NCBI GenBank assembly: GCA_965221605.1
Contig: CBDCSK010000006.1
Coordinates: forward strand, 757-64,756
Length of the DNA stretch: 64,000 bases
Direction of reading: 5' to 3'
From: Candidatus Aldehydirespirator sp.
GTDB taxonomy: Bacteria; Actinomycetota; Acidimicrobiia; Acidimicrobiales; Aldehydirespiratoraceae
Part shown: in pieces, positions 54,871 to 63,616 of the stretch
Position numbering within the stretch: the stretch's first letter is position 1
Layout of the letters: every line of letters begins with the position of its first letter
The notes under the pieces: generated by a model
What the model was told of the DNA's origin: nothing
Database searches by the model: none
Seen by the model: the letters and a program-made list of their open reading frames with translations, nothing else
Made by a program: the position numbers and the translations under genes

Positions 54871-54878
54871 GGTATACA
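54871..54878 (+). promoter_or_regulatory. GGTATACA box upstream of the ABC importer operon
   Basis: ACGGTATACAGAC, 46 nt upstream of TTG 54925. Confidence 0.4.
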
Positions 54879-54924
54879 GACGGCCCAGTCGCAGGGCCAG
54901 TGATGCCCGACGGGAGGCAGCGCG

Positions 54925-55845
54925 TTGCTTCGATGGCTTGCCAAGCGCATCATCGCCGCCGCTCTCGTCGTGTTCGTGGTCACCTCCCTGGTGTTCGTGG
55001 TCACCCACGTCTTCACCGACCCGGCCGTGGTGTCGCTGCCGCTGGAGGCCAGTCAGGAGGACCGGGCCAGCCGCCGGGCCGCGCTCGGCCTGGACCGGCC
55101 CCTGAGCGTCCAGTACTGGGACTTCGTGTCGGGCCTGGTGGTGGGCGATCTCGGCGAGTCGTTCTGGCAGACCCAGCCGGCCTCGAAGCTCGTGTTCGAA
55201 CGGCTGCCGGCCACCCTCAAGCTGGTGGGCGGGGCCACCGCGGTGACCGTGCTGCTGGCCGCACCCATGGGAATGCTGGCCGCGTGGTGGGAGCGCCGCT
55301 TCGCCGACCACGCAGTGCTCGGCTTCTCGATGGCGTCGATCAGCGCCCCGCCGTTCTGGATCGGCTACCTGCTGATCATCGTGTTCGCGGTGCAGCTCGG
55401 CTGGGTGCCGACCTTCGGTTCGAGCGAACTCAAGTCTCTCATCCTCCCGTCGTTCGCCATCGGCCTTGCCAGCGCGGGTCGGCTGGCCCAGATGACCCGG
55501 CGCGGCATCGTCGAGGAACTGCGAAAGCCCTACGCGGTCACCGCGATGTCGAGGGGCTTCTCCCGGTCCTACACGATCGTGCACCACACCTTCCGCAACG
55601 TCGCCTCCGGCTTCGTGACCATGACCGGCTGGGAGCTGACCCGGATGTTCACCGGCTACACGGTGGTGATCGAGGTGGTGTTCGCGTGGCCCGGTGTGGG
55701 GCGCCTGGCCATCCACGCCATCGAGAACCGGGACTTGATCCTGGTGCAGGCCGCGGTGGTGGTGCTGGCCACCCTGGTGGTGGTGACCAACCTGCTGGTG
55801 GACATCGCCCGCCGGCTGATCGACCCGCGGGTGGACCTGGCATGA
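54925..55845 (+). CDS. ABC transporter permease (DppB/OppB-like)
   Basis: MLRWLAKRIIAAALVVFVVTSLVFVVTHV...ALGLDRPLSVQYW. TTG start with a GGGAGG SD upstream. Confidence 0.85.
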   Translation: MLRWLAKRIIAAALVVFVVTSLVFVVTHVFTDPAVVSLPLEASQEDRASRRAALGLDRPLSVQYWDFVSGLVVGDLGESFWQTQPASKLVFERLPATLKLVGGATAVTVLLAAPMGMLAAWWERRFADHAVLGFSMASISAPPFWIGYLLIIVFAVQLGWVPTFGSSELKSLILPSFAIGLASAGRLAQMTRRGIVEELRKPYAVTAMSRGFSRSYTIVHHTFRNVASGFVTMTGWELTRMFTGYTVVIEVVFAWPGVGRLAIHAIENRDLILVQAAVVVLATLVVVTNLLVDIARRLIDPRVDLA

Positions 55846-56792
55846 CCGCGGTTGAGGACCCGACGGGCCCGACCACCGGCGCGGACGACGCGGCGGCGAC
55901 CGGGAGCGTCACCGTCATGGCCGACCTGCGGTCGCATCTGCGCAGGTCCAAGGCGGGCATCTCAGGGATCGTCATCTGCACGCTGTTCGCCCTGGTGGCC
56001 CTCGTCGGCCCGTGGCTGCCGTTCATCGAGGACCCGGCCAAACAGAGCCTGCCCGACAAGCTCACTCCGCCGTTGGGCTGGGGCGGCACCTGGTCGCATC
56101 CGCTGGGCACCGACCAGCTGGGCCGCGACATCCTGGCCCGGCTGGTCGACGGCGCCCGCATCTCGCTGCTGGTCAGCCTGGCCGCCGTCATCATCGCGGC
56201 CGTCCTCGGAACCGTCCTAGGGCTCATTGCCGGCTACATCGGCGGGAAGATCGACACCCTCATCATCTCGGCCGCCGACGTCCAGATGGCCTTCCCGGGC
56301 GTGCTGGCCGGGTTGATCCTGGTTGCCGCGTTCGGACCGAGCGTGTGGCTGGTCATCATCGTGATCGCGATATCCAGTTGGATGGTGTTCACCAGGGTGG
56401 GCCGCGGCCTCGTGTTCACCCTCAAGACGTCGCTGTACGTGGAGGCGTCGGAGTTGGCGGGCGCGTCGTCCAGACGGATCATGTGGCGGCACCTGCTGCC
56501 CAACCTGATCAGCTCGCTGATCACTCTGAGCGTGCTGGAGCTGGCCGCGGCCATCCTCTCGGAGTCGGCGTTCGCCTTCCTCGGCTTCGGCGTGCAGCCT
56601 CCCCGCTCGTCGTGGGGGCTGATGATCCAGCAGGGCCGCAACTACATCACCGACGGATGGTGGATCGTCACATTCGCGGGCATGGCCATCGCCATCGTGG
56701 TGCTGGGCGTGAACCTGCTGTCGCTGTGGCTGCAGTCGTTCAACGACGTGGCCGAGCGCGAGCAGATCATCCTCGAGAGGCCTGGCGGCTAG
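55842..56792 (+). CDS. ABC transporter permease (DppC/OppC-like)
   Basis: HPLGTDQLGRDILARLVDGARISL...YVEASELAGASSRRIMWRHLLPN. The ATG overlaps the upstream stop (ATGA at 55842-55845). Confidence 0.85.
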   Translation: MTAVEDPTGPTTGADDAAATGSVTVMADLRSHLRRSKAGISGIVICTLFALVALVGPWLPFIEDPAKQSLPDKLTPPLGWGGTWSHPLGTDQLGRDILARLVDGARISLLVSLAAVIIAAVLGTVLGLIAGYIGGKIDTLIISAADVQMAFPGVLAGLILVAAFGPSVWLVIIVIAISSWMVFTRVGRGLVFTLKTSLYVEASELAGASSRRIMWRHLLPNLISSLITLSVLELAAAILSESAFAFLGFGVQPPRSSWGLMIQQGRNYITDGWWIVTFAGMAIAIVVLGVNLLSLWLQSFNDVAEREQIILERPGG

Positions 56793-56794
56793 GG

Positions 56795-57793
56795 GTGAGC
56801 ACCACCGGCGGCAACGGCCGTACCGAGCGCCTGCTGGAGGTCAGGGACCTGACCGTCGGGTTCCCCACCCGCGACGGCATCGTGCTGGGCGTGGACGGCC
56901 TGACCATCAACGTCGGCTCTCACGAGCGCCTCGGCGTGGTGGGCGAGTCGGGCTCGGGAAAGAGCGTCATGGGCCTGGCCATCCTCGGCATGGTCCTGCC
57001 GCCGGGCCGCATCATGGGAGGCTCGGTGCGCTGGAAGGGCGAGGACGTGCTCGACGAGGCGGTGGCCAACCGGGTGCGGGGCCGGGAGATCGCCATGATC
57101 TTCCAGGACCCGATGGTGTCGCTCAACCCGCTCAAGACGGTGGGCGCGCAGTTGCGCGAACTGCTGCAGCGCAGGGTCGGCCTGCAGGGGAGCTCCGTCA
57201 AGCAGCGCTCGCTGGAGCTGCTCGACATGGTGGGGATCGCCAACCCGGGCGACCGGCTCAAGTCCTACGCGTTCGAGCTGTCGGGCGGGATGCGCCAGCG
57301 GGTGATGATCGCCACCGCCCTGGCCTGCGAACCGACACTGCTGATCGCCGACGAGCCCACCACCGGACTCGACGTGACCATCCAGGACCAGATCCTCACC
57401 CTTCTGCACAACCTGTCCACCGAGCTCGGCGTGTCGGTGCTGATGATCACCCACGACCTCGGTGTGGTGGCCCAGTTCTGCGACCGGGTGCAGGTCATGT
57501 ACGCGGGCCGCATCGTGGAGCGGGCTCCCATCGCCGAGATGTTCGCCGATCCCCAGCACCCCTACTCTCTCGGCCTGCTGCAGTCGGTGCCGAGAGTGGA
57601 CCAGGCCGAGACCGAGCTGACCGGCATACCGGGCGAGCCGCTCGACCGGGCCCAGTTCCCGCCGGGCTGCGCTTTCGAGCCCCGCTGCGGCGAGGCCCAG
57701 GGCACCTGCCGGGTGACGCCGCCGCCGCTGGTCAAGATCGCCGAGCGGCGCTGGGTCGCCTGCTACAACCGCCCCGGGGAGACGTCACAGTGA
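56795..57793 (+). CDS. ABC transporter ATP-binding protein (DppD/OppD-like)
   Basis: Walker A GESGSGKS, signature LSGGMRQR, Walker [13 protein letters not shown]. Confidence 0.85.
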   Translation: MSTTGGNGRTERLLEVRDLTVGFPTRDGIVLGVDGLTINVGSHERLGVVGESGSGKSVMGLAILGMVLPPGRIMGGSVRWKGEDVLDEAVANRVRGREIAMIFQDPMVSLNPLKTVGAQLRELLQRRVGLQGSSVKQRSLELLDMVGIANPGDRLKSYAFELSGGMRQRVMIATALACEPTLLIADEPTTGLDVTIQDQILTLLHNLSTELGVSVLMITHDLGVVAQFCDRVQVMYAGRIVERAPIAEMFADPQHPYSLGLLQSVPRVDQAETELTGIPGEPLDRAQFPPGCAFEPRCGEAQGTCRVTPPPLVKIAERRWVACYNRPGETSQ

Positions 57794-58755
57794 ACGACCA
57801 GGTCACGCCGCTGGTGGAGAGCCGGGACGTCAGCGTCCACTTCAGCCGCTGGGTGGGCAGCCGCCGGCGGACCGTGTACGCCCTGGACGACTTCAGCATC
57901 ACGGTGGCGCCGGGGGAGACCGTCGGTCTGGTGGGCGAGTCGGGCTGCGGAAAGTCCACCGCGGGCCGTGCGCTGCTCGGAGCGGTGAAGCCGACCAAGG
58001 GCCAGGTGCTCTTCGAGGGCAAGGACGTGACCAATCTCAACCGGCGCAACTGGCGGGCCATGCGCAAGCAGGTCCAGATGATCTTCCAGGACCCCTACTC
58101 GGCACTCAACCCGAAGATCAAGGTGGGCGAGAGCATCGCCGAGCCCTTCATTGTGCACACCCGCAAGCGGGGCAGGGAGCTCGACGCGGCGGTGACCGGA
58201 TTGCTGGAGACGGTGGGAATGACCGCCAGCGCGGCCGACAAGTACCCCCACGCCTTCTCCGGCGGCCAGCGCCAGCGCATCGTCATCGCCCGAGCCCTCG
58301 CACTCCATCCCGGGTTCGTGGTGGCCGATGAAGCCACCGCGGCCCTGGACGTCTCGATCCAGGCCCAGATCGTCAACCTGCTGGTCGAGCTCAAGGAGAG
58401 CGTCGGCCTGTCGTACCTGTTCATCTCCCACAACCTGGCGGTGGTGCGCCACGTGTCGGACCGGGTGGCCATCATGTACCTGGGCCACCTGATGGAGATC
58501 GGGAGCCACCACGACATCTACGAGAACCCGACCCATCCCTACTCCCAGGCCCTGTTGTCGGCGGTGCCGGTGCCCGACCCGACCACCCGGGGCGACCACG
58601 AGCCCCTCAAGGGAGACCTGCCCAGCCCGATGGACCCGCCCAAGGGCTGCCGGTTCAACACCCGCTGCCCGCTGGCGGTGGAGCAGTGCTTCGAGGAGCG
58701 CCCGCCCTTGCGGGAGCGCTCCAGCGGCCACCTGGTGGCCTGCTGGGTGAATTGA
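57790..58755 (+). CDS. ABC transporter ATP-binding protein (DppF/OppF-like)
   Basis: Walker A GESGCGKST, signature FSGGQRQR, Walker B VVADEATAALD. C-terminal oligopeptide-type CxxxC tail (CRFNTRCP). GTGA overlap at 57790-57793. Confidence 0.85.
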   Translation: MNDQVTPLVESRDVSVHFSRWVGSRRRTVYALDDFSITVAPGETVGLVGESGCGKSTAGRALLGAVKPTKGQVLFEGKDVTNLNRRNWRAMRKQVQMIFQDPYSALNPKIKVGESIAEPFIVHTRKRGRELDAAVTGLLETVGMTASAADKYPHAFSGGQRQRIVIARALALHPGFVVADEATAALDVSIQAQIVNLLVELKESVGLSYLFISHNLAVVRHVSDRVAIMYLGHLMEIGSHHDIYENPTHPYSQALLSAVPVPDPTTRGDHEPLKGDLPSPMDPPKGCRFNTRCPLAVEQCFEERPPLRERSSGHLVACWVN

Positions 58756-59954
58756 ACCAACCCGGCTACAGCGCCGCCCAAGGTGGGGGCGGCCCCGAGA
58801 GACGCCTGACCGCCCGCGGGGCGACGTTCAGCTACCTGTTCACGCTGTACTTCATCCTCGGCGGGGCCGAGACGATGATGTCGCCGCTGTTCCCGCTGGT
58901 GCAGCCCGACCTCAACATCACCGAGAGCAACCTGGCCGCCATCCTGGCCGCGGTGTCGGCCGGCATCGCCTCGTTCAACATTCTCGGCGGCATCAGCAGC
59001 CGCTGGCTCAGCGACCGGTCGATGGTCCGGGCCTCGGCAGTGGCCCTGGCGGCGGGCATGGTGCTGTCGGCCGCGGCGGAGACCTTCTGGGTGCTGATCA
59101 TCGGCCAGACCCTGCTGGGAGTGGCCTTCGGGATCTACTTCCCGCCGGGCCTGGCCAGCGTGGCCCGGCTGTACCGGGGAGCGGAGGGCAAGGCCATCGC
59201 GGTGTGGGGCCAGGCCTACTCCTTCGGCCTGGCCGCAGCCGCGCTGAGCGTGTTCGCGGGGGAAGGCTGGCGCTGGGTGTTCGCCGGTTGCGCAGTCCCC
59301 CCGTTGCTGGCCATCGTCTACGTGCCCCGATGGGTCGAGGCCGACCGGGACCCGGCACCGGTGCCCTGGCTGGCCCAGCTCGTCCAGAACGCCCGCAAGC
59401 AGACCTACCGGCTGGCCTTCTGGGCCAGCTTCGGCGGGGTGTCCATGCACTTCGTGGTGATCGGCTTCTCGCCGACGTTCTTCGAGTCCCGGGGGGTGAA
59501 CCTGTGGCTGGTGGGCGTGCTGCTGGCTGCCGGCCGGATCCTGTCGGCTCCGGTGAAGCTGGTGGGCGGGGCGCTGCACGACCGGCGAGGGGGACCGTGG
59601 ACCGCCAGGCTGATGACGGTGACGACCTGCGCCTTAGGCCTGCCCCTGCTGCTGGCGCCGGCCAAAGTGGGAGTGTGGATGCTGGTGCCCTTCGTGGGGA
59701 TGGCGGTGTCGGTGCTGCCGGTGGCCAACGCCATGCTGGTGGCGGCCCTGCCGCCCCAGTCCGGCTGGGGGATCGGCACGTTCCGGGCCGCCCTGCTGGG
59801 CTCGGCCGCACTCCTGTCGGCAATCGTCAGCGGCCTGCTGGAGCTCGGGGCGCCCCTGAGGACTCTGATGCTGATCTCACTGGCCCTGCCCGCCCTGGTA
59901 GCCGCCGCCATGCACCGCGCCGTGGGCCACCCGCCGGCCGCCCCCGTGTCCTGA
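58752..59954 (+). CDS. MFS transporter (fourth, more divergent)
   Basis: Hydrophobic, about 12 TM. SSRWLSDRSM loop, GEGWRWVFAG. The start is uncertain: TTG 58752 overlaps the ABC ATPase stop (TTGA), while the track start GTG 58686 would overlap by 70 nt. Confidence 0.7.
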   Translation: MNQPGYSAAQGGGGPERRLTARGATFSYLFTLYFILGGAETMMSPLFPLVQPDLNITESNLAAILAAVSAGIASFNILGGISSRWLSDRSMVRASAVALAAGMVLSAAAETFWVLIIGQTLLGVAFGIYFPPGLASVARLYRGAEGKAIAVWGQAYSFGLAAAALSVFAGEGWRWVFAGCAVPPLLAIVYVPRWVEADRDPAPVPWLAQLVQNARKQTYRLAFWASFGGVSMHFVVIGFSPTFFESRGVNLWLVGVLLAAGRILSAPVKLVGGALHDRRGGPWTARLMTVTTCALGLPLLLAPAKVGVWMLVPFVGMAVSVLPVANAMLVAALPPQSGWGIGTFRAALLGSAALLSAIVSGLLELGAPLRTLMLISLALPALVAAAMHRAVGHPPAAPVS

Positions 59955-59989
59955 GCGGCGAGCTTATGCGGGTGCGCAAATAGGTGAGA

Positions 59990-60009
59990 GGCTGTCGCGT
60001 TGCCACGGG
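59990..60009. repeat. short intergenic repeat ATAGGYGAGAGSCTGTCGCG, copy 2
   Basis: ATAGGTGAGAGGCTGTCGCG, about 35 nt after the MFS stop in a convergent gap. It directly abuts repeat copy B at 60015. Confidence 0.65.
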
Positions 60010-60014
60010 GTCAT

Positions 60015-60070
60015 TCCCGCTCTTGTTCGCTGCGCTCACGGGCCGCTCGGGCCACGGCCTCGCCCGTATG
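60015..60070. repeat. interspersed intergenic repeat, copy B
   Basis: TCCCGCTCTTGTTCGCTGCGCTCACGGGCCGC tcggg CCACGGCCTCGCCCGTATG. Like copy A, it lies immediately 3' of a minus-strand gene stop. Confidence 0.8.
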
Positions 60071-60086
60071 AGCCGGATGCGCTTCC

Positions 60087-60578
60087 CTACTCGCTCGGCC
60101 TCCACGCGGGGACAGGGCAGGCGGCGAGCTTGTAGGTGTTGAGGCGCTTGCGGAGGGTGTAGAGCAGCAGCCCCACCGCGAGGAGGCCGATGACGGGCTG
60201 CACCGGCGCCCACCACGACAGGGCGCCCGACACGCCTACCAGGGCCACCACGGCCTGGTTGCAGACCGGGCAGCCCACCGCCAGGAACGACACGAACCCG
60301 CCCCAGACGGTGCGGGTGCCCTGGCGGTCGACGGTCACGGCCAGCTCTTCGGTCGCGGCCGGCTCCGACGGCTCGGGGCGGATGGCGAAGATCAGCCCGA
60401 TCAGCGCCGAGGTGACGGCCAGGATCGCGTAGTCGATCCAGCGCACCTCCACCGGCCGGCCGAAGATCGGGGTGTCGATCAGATCCGACGGCACGGCGAT
60501 AAGCACCGCCGCGATCCCGGCGAACAGCACGGCCCGCGGCCAGGTCGACCGCGGCAACTCCAGCACATCGGTGACCAC
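60087..60578 (-). CDS. integral membrane protein with in-membrane CPVC motif
   Basis: 163 aa with four hydrophobic segments and FLAVGCPVCNQAVVALVG. GTG start 5 nt after the upstream stop. Confidence 0.6.
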   Translation of the reverse strand: MVTDVLELPRSTWPRAVLFAGIAAVLIAVPSDLIDTPIFGRPVEVRWIDYAILAVTSALIGLIFAIRPEPSEPAATEELAVTVDRQGTRTVWGGFVSFLAVGCPVCNQAVVALVGVSGALSWWAPVQPVIGLLAVGLLLYTLRKRLNTYKLAACPVPAWRPSE

Positions 60579-60583
60579 GGCGC

Positions 60584-60985
60584 TCAGGTGACCTTGTCGA
60601 TGACCCGGAAGGCGTAGTCGCGCTGCTCGTCGCCGAGAGTGGCGCGCACCCGGTAACCGCCGGCCTTGGGGAACTGGACGAGCCCGGTCACCACCAGGGG
60701 CGACCGGCTGTCGGTGCCGGGGACCTTGCCGGGAGGGCGTCCGACCTCGATGTTGGCCTTGGCCTCCATCAGCTTGTGGTGGCCGTCCTCGTCCTCGACA
60801 CGGATCACCATCTCATGGCGCTGGTTGGTCTCCGACCACGGGACCAGCACCGACAGCGCTATCGAGAAGTGCTGGGGCCGGGGCTTGTTCCCCTCCTTGT
60901 AGGCCCGGGTCACCCGATCCCATCCGGCGCCGCTCATATACAGCAGGCCGTTCTGCACCTCGGCGTGGTTGGCCAGGGTCAACAT
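60584..60985 (-). CDS. hypothetical protein (DUF6941-like)
   Basis: Only the C-terminal 133 codons of track ORF 60584..62038 look coding (MLTLANHAEVQNGLLYMSGAGWDRV...VRATLGDEQRDYAFRVIDKV). Upstream of that the ORF is an out-of-frame read through the ligase gene. GTG 61000 is an alternative start. Confidence 0.55.
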   Translation of the reverse strand: MLTLANHAEVQNGLLYMSGAGWDRVTRAYKEGNKPRPQHFSIALSVLVPWSETNQRHEMVIRVEDEDGHHKLMEAKANIEVGRPPGKVPGTDSRSPLVVTGLVQFPKAGGYRVRATLGDEQRDYAFRVIDKVT

Positions 60986-61059
60986 CTCGATCTGAGGCAC
61001 GAGCGGCAGTCTACGCGGGCGGCACATGCCGCTAATCGCCGCAGAAAGAGCCGTCCCGG

Positions 61060-62607
61060 CTATTGGTCGTCGGCTGGAGTGAGGCCCAGGCGTTCGGCTA
61101 GGCCTATGCGCTGGAACTTGCCGGTGGGGCCCTTGGGCAGCTCGTCGAGGATCAGGACCCGGCGGGGCACCTTGAACGCGGCCAGGGACTTCGAAAGGAA
61201 CCGGCGCAGCTCGCGCTCCCCTATGTCGGCTCCGTCGGCGGCCACCACCGCGGCGGCCACCTCCTCGCCCAGCTTGGCATGGGGCACGGCGAACGTCACC
61301 GCCTGGGCGACCGACGGGTGGCGCAGCAGGGCCTCGTCGACCTCCAGCGGCGAGACCTTCTCGCCGCCCCGGTTGATCTGCTCCTTGAGACGGCCGGTGA
61401 GGAACAGGTAGCCGTCGTCGTCGAGGTAGCCCTCGTCGCCGGTGCGGAACCAGCCGTCGGTGAAGGCGGCCGCGTTGGCGTCGGGGTTGTTCTCGTAGCC
61501 GTCGATCACTGTCGGGCCCTTGATGGACACCTCGCCCCGCTCCCCCGGCGCCAGGACCCGGTCCTTGCTGTCGAGCACGGCCACCTCGATGCCGGTGGCG
61601 ACCCCCACCGACCTCGGCTTGGCCACCGCCGGCGGCAGCGGGTTGGCGCACATCTGATGGGTGGCCTCGGTCATGCCGTAAGCCTCGATCACCGGCGCTG
61701 CGAACAGCTCGCCCAGCTCCTGCAGCACCGGCTCGGGCAAGGAGGCCGACGAGGAGCGCACGAACCGCAGGGCTGCGTCCCGGGCCGCGTCGCGGTGGCG
61801 GGACGACCGTGCGATCACCATCTGGTGCATGGTGGGCACCGCCGTGTAGTAGGTCGGGCGCAGCTCGGAGAGCTGGGCGAAGAACCGGAAGGCGTCGAAG
61901 CCCTCGGTGCAGGCCACCGAGCCGCCGGACGAGAGCGGGGCCAAGAGCCCGGCCAGCAACCCGTGAATGTGGAACAGCGGCATCACCTGCAACGACCGGT
62001 CTGCGCTGGCCAGGGCCAGCGACTCGGCGATGCCGCACGCGGAGCGGGCCAGGTTCCGTTGGCGGAGCGGAACGATCTTGGGCCGCGATGTGGTCCCGGA
62101 GGTGTGCAGTACGAGGGCCAAGTCGTCGGGGGACGGCCCGCTCGGCGTCGACGGCTCGGTGGCGGGCGACGAGGCGATCAGGTCGATCAAGCCCGAGCCT
62201 CCGGAGGCCGAACCGGTCAGCGCCACCGGCAGCACCCCGGTCTCGGCGGCGCGGGCTGCGTCCCGGGCATCCGAGCCGGACTCGTCGGGTCGGGTGATAA
62301 TCGCCTTGGCGCCCAAATCGTCGAGGTAGAAGCGCAGCTCCTCGGTGCGGTACTTGGGGTTGAGCGGCGCGGCGCAGCCGGTGCAGGCCGCGGCCAGGAA
62401 GGCGATGGCCATCTCCGGACCGTTGGGAACCACGATGGCGATCCGGTCGCCGGCTTGCAGCCCCATATCCCTCAGCCGGCCCGCGAGCCGGTCCACCTCG
62501 GCCCGCAGCTCGCCGTGGCTGAGCACCGTGCCGTCGGGGGTGACGATGCCCGGATCACGGTCGGCCCCCGCGTCGAGCAGGCCCCGCAGCGTCGTGGGAC
62601 GGGTCAC
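61060..62607 (-). CDS. AMP-dependent acyl-CoA synthetase (oxalate-CoA ligase/AAE3-like)
   Basis: LHTSGTTSRPKIV, YGMTEAT, GWFRTGDEGYLDDDGYLFLTGRLKEQINRGGEKV. The GTG start overlaps the panE-like stop (GTGA). Confidence 0.85.
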   Translation of the reverse strand: MTRPTTLRGLLDAGADRDPGIVTPDGTVLSHGELRAEVDRLAGRLRDMGLQAGDRIAIVVPNGPEMAIAFLAAACTGCAAPLNPKYRTEELRFYLDDLGAKAIITRPDESGSDARDAARAAETGVLPVALTGSASGGSGLIDLIASSPATEPSTPSGPSPDDLALVLHTSGTTSRPKIVPLRQRNLARSACGIAESLALASADRSLQVMPLFHIHGLLAGLLAPLSSGGSVACTEGFDAFRFFAQLSELRPTYYTAVPTMHQMVIARSSRHRDAARDAALRFVRSSSASLPEPVLQELGELFAAPVIEAYGMTEATHQMCANPLPPAVAKPRSVGVATGIEVAVLDSKDRVLAPGERGEVSIKGPTVIDGYENNPDANAAAFTDGWFRTGDEGYLDDDGYLFLTGRLKEQINRGGEKVSPLEVDEALLRHPSVAQAVTFAVPHAKLGEEVAAAVVAADGADIGERELRRFLSKSLAAFKVPRRVLILDELPKGPTGKFQRIGLAERLGLTPADDQ

Positions 62608-63584
62608 GAGCCCGCCAGGCGGTGGTTGAGCAGGGAGGTGAGGCCGTACACGGTGCTTATGGCGGGCGTGGGCACGCCGGTGAGCTCGCCGAGTTCGACG
62701 AACACGCCGACCAGCGGGTCGAGCTCCAGCGGGCGACCGGCCTCGGCGTCCTGGAGCATCGAGGTCTTGTGCTCGCCGACGGCCTCGGCGCCGGCGATGC
62801 GACGCTCGACGCCGATGCGGATGCTCACACCGAGAGCCTCGGCGATCTGGCCGGCCTCAGTCATCATCTGCGCGGCCAGCCTCCGGGTGGCCGGCGTGCG
62901 GCAGATCCCGGCCAGCGTTGCGCCGGTGAGGGCGCTGATCGGGTTGAAGGCCAGGTTCCCCCACGCCTTGACCCACAGGTGGGAGCGGATGTCGGTCAGC
63001 ACCCGGGACTTGAACCCGGCCGACGCCAGCCCGTCCGCCAGCTCCCTCGCCCTGCCGGACTTGGTTCCGTCGAGCTCGCCCACCGGGAAGCGGTCGCCCT
63101 CGACGTGGGTTATAACACCGGGTGCGGTCTTCTCCGCGGCCGGGTAGGCGATGCAGGCCACGATCCGTTCCGCCGCCACCGCGGCCGCGATGGCGCCGTC
63201 GGGGTCCAGCGCCTTGAGCCGGCACCCGTCGTGGGGCCCGCCGTGGCGCTCGAAGTACCACCACCCGATGCCGTTCTGCACCGGCACGACCGTGGTGTGC
63301 TCGTCGAACAGCGCCCCGAGTTCGTGGGCCACCGCCGCGATCTGGTGGGCCTTGAGGGCCAGGATCACCGTGTCGTGGGTCCCCAGGGCTCCGAAGTCGG
63401 CCGAAGCCTCGATCCCGGCCGCCACCGTCGTGGACCCGTCCAACTCCATCAGCCTCAACCCGTGCCGGCGGATGGCGTCGAGGTGCTCGCCCCGGGCGAT
63501 GACGCTCACATCGTGACCGTCGGCCGCCAGGCGGGCGGCCAGCATCCCGCCTATCGCTCCCGCGCCCACAACACAAATCCGCAC
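62604..63584 (-). CDS. panE: 2-dehydropantoate 2-reductase (ketopantoate reductase, PanE/ApbA family)
   Basis: MRICVVGAGAIGGMLAARLAADGHDV is an N-terminal Rossmann motif. KTSMLQD lies in the C-terminal domain. Confidence 0.8.
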   Translation of the reverse strand: MRICVVGAGAIGGMLAARLAADGHDVSVIARGEHLDAIRRHGLRLMELDGSTTVAAGIEASADFGALGTHDTVILALKAHQIAAVAHELGALFDEHTTVVPVQNGIGWWYFERHGGPHDGCRLKALDPDGAIAAAVAAERIVACIAYPAAEKTAPGVITHVEGDRFPVGELDGTKSGRARELADGLASAGFKSRVLTDIRSHLWVKAWGNLAFNPISALTGATLAGICRTPATRRLAAQMMTEAGQIAEALGVSIRIGVERRIAGAEAVGEHKTSMLQDAEAGRPLELDPLVGVFVELGELTGVPTPAISTVYGLTSLLNHRLAGS

Positions 63585-63616
63585 GGCGACAGTGTGCCAG
63601 GAGATTCGCGCCGAAC

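Noticed and set aside
54796-55716. 306-aa minus-strand ORF, and likewise 58539..59579
   Set aside because: They are antisense to the ABC permease and MFS genes, whose hydrophobic TM patterns fix the coding strand.
60986-62038. N-terminal ~350 codons of the 484-aa track ORF 60584..62038
   Set aside because: This is an out-of-frame read across the acyl-CoA synthetase gene on the same strand (R/P/G-rich). Only the last ~133 codons downstream of the ligase stop look coding.
61279-63147. 622-aa plus-strand ORF
   Set aside because: It is antisense to the acyl-CoA synthetase and ketopantoate reductase genes, both of which carry clear family motifs on the minus strand.
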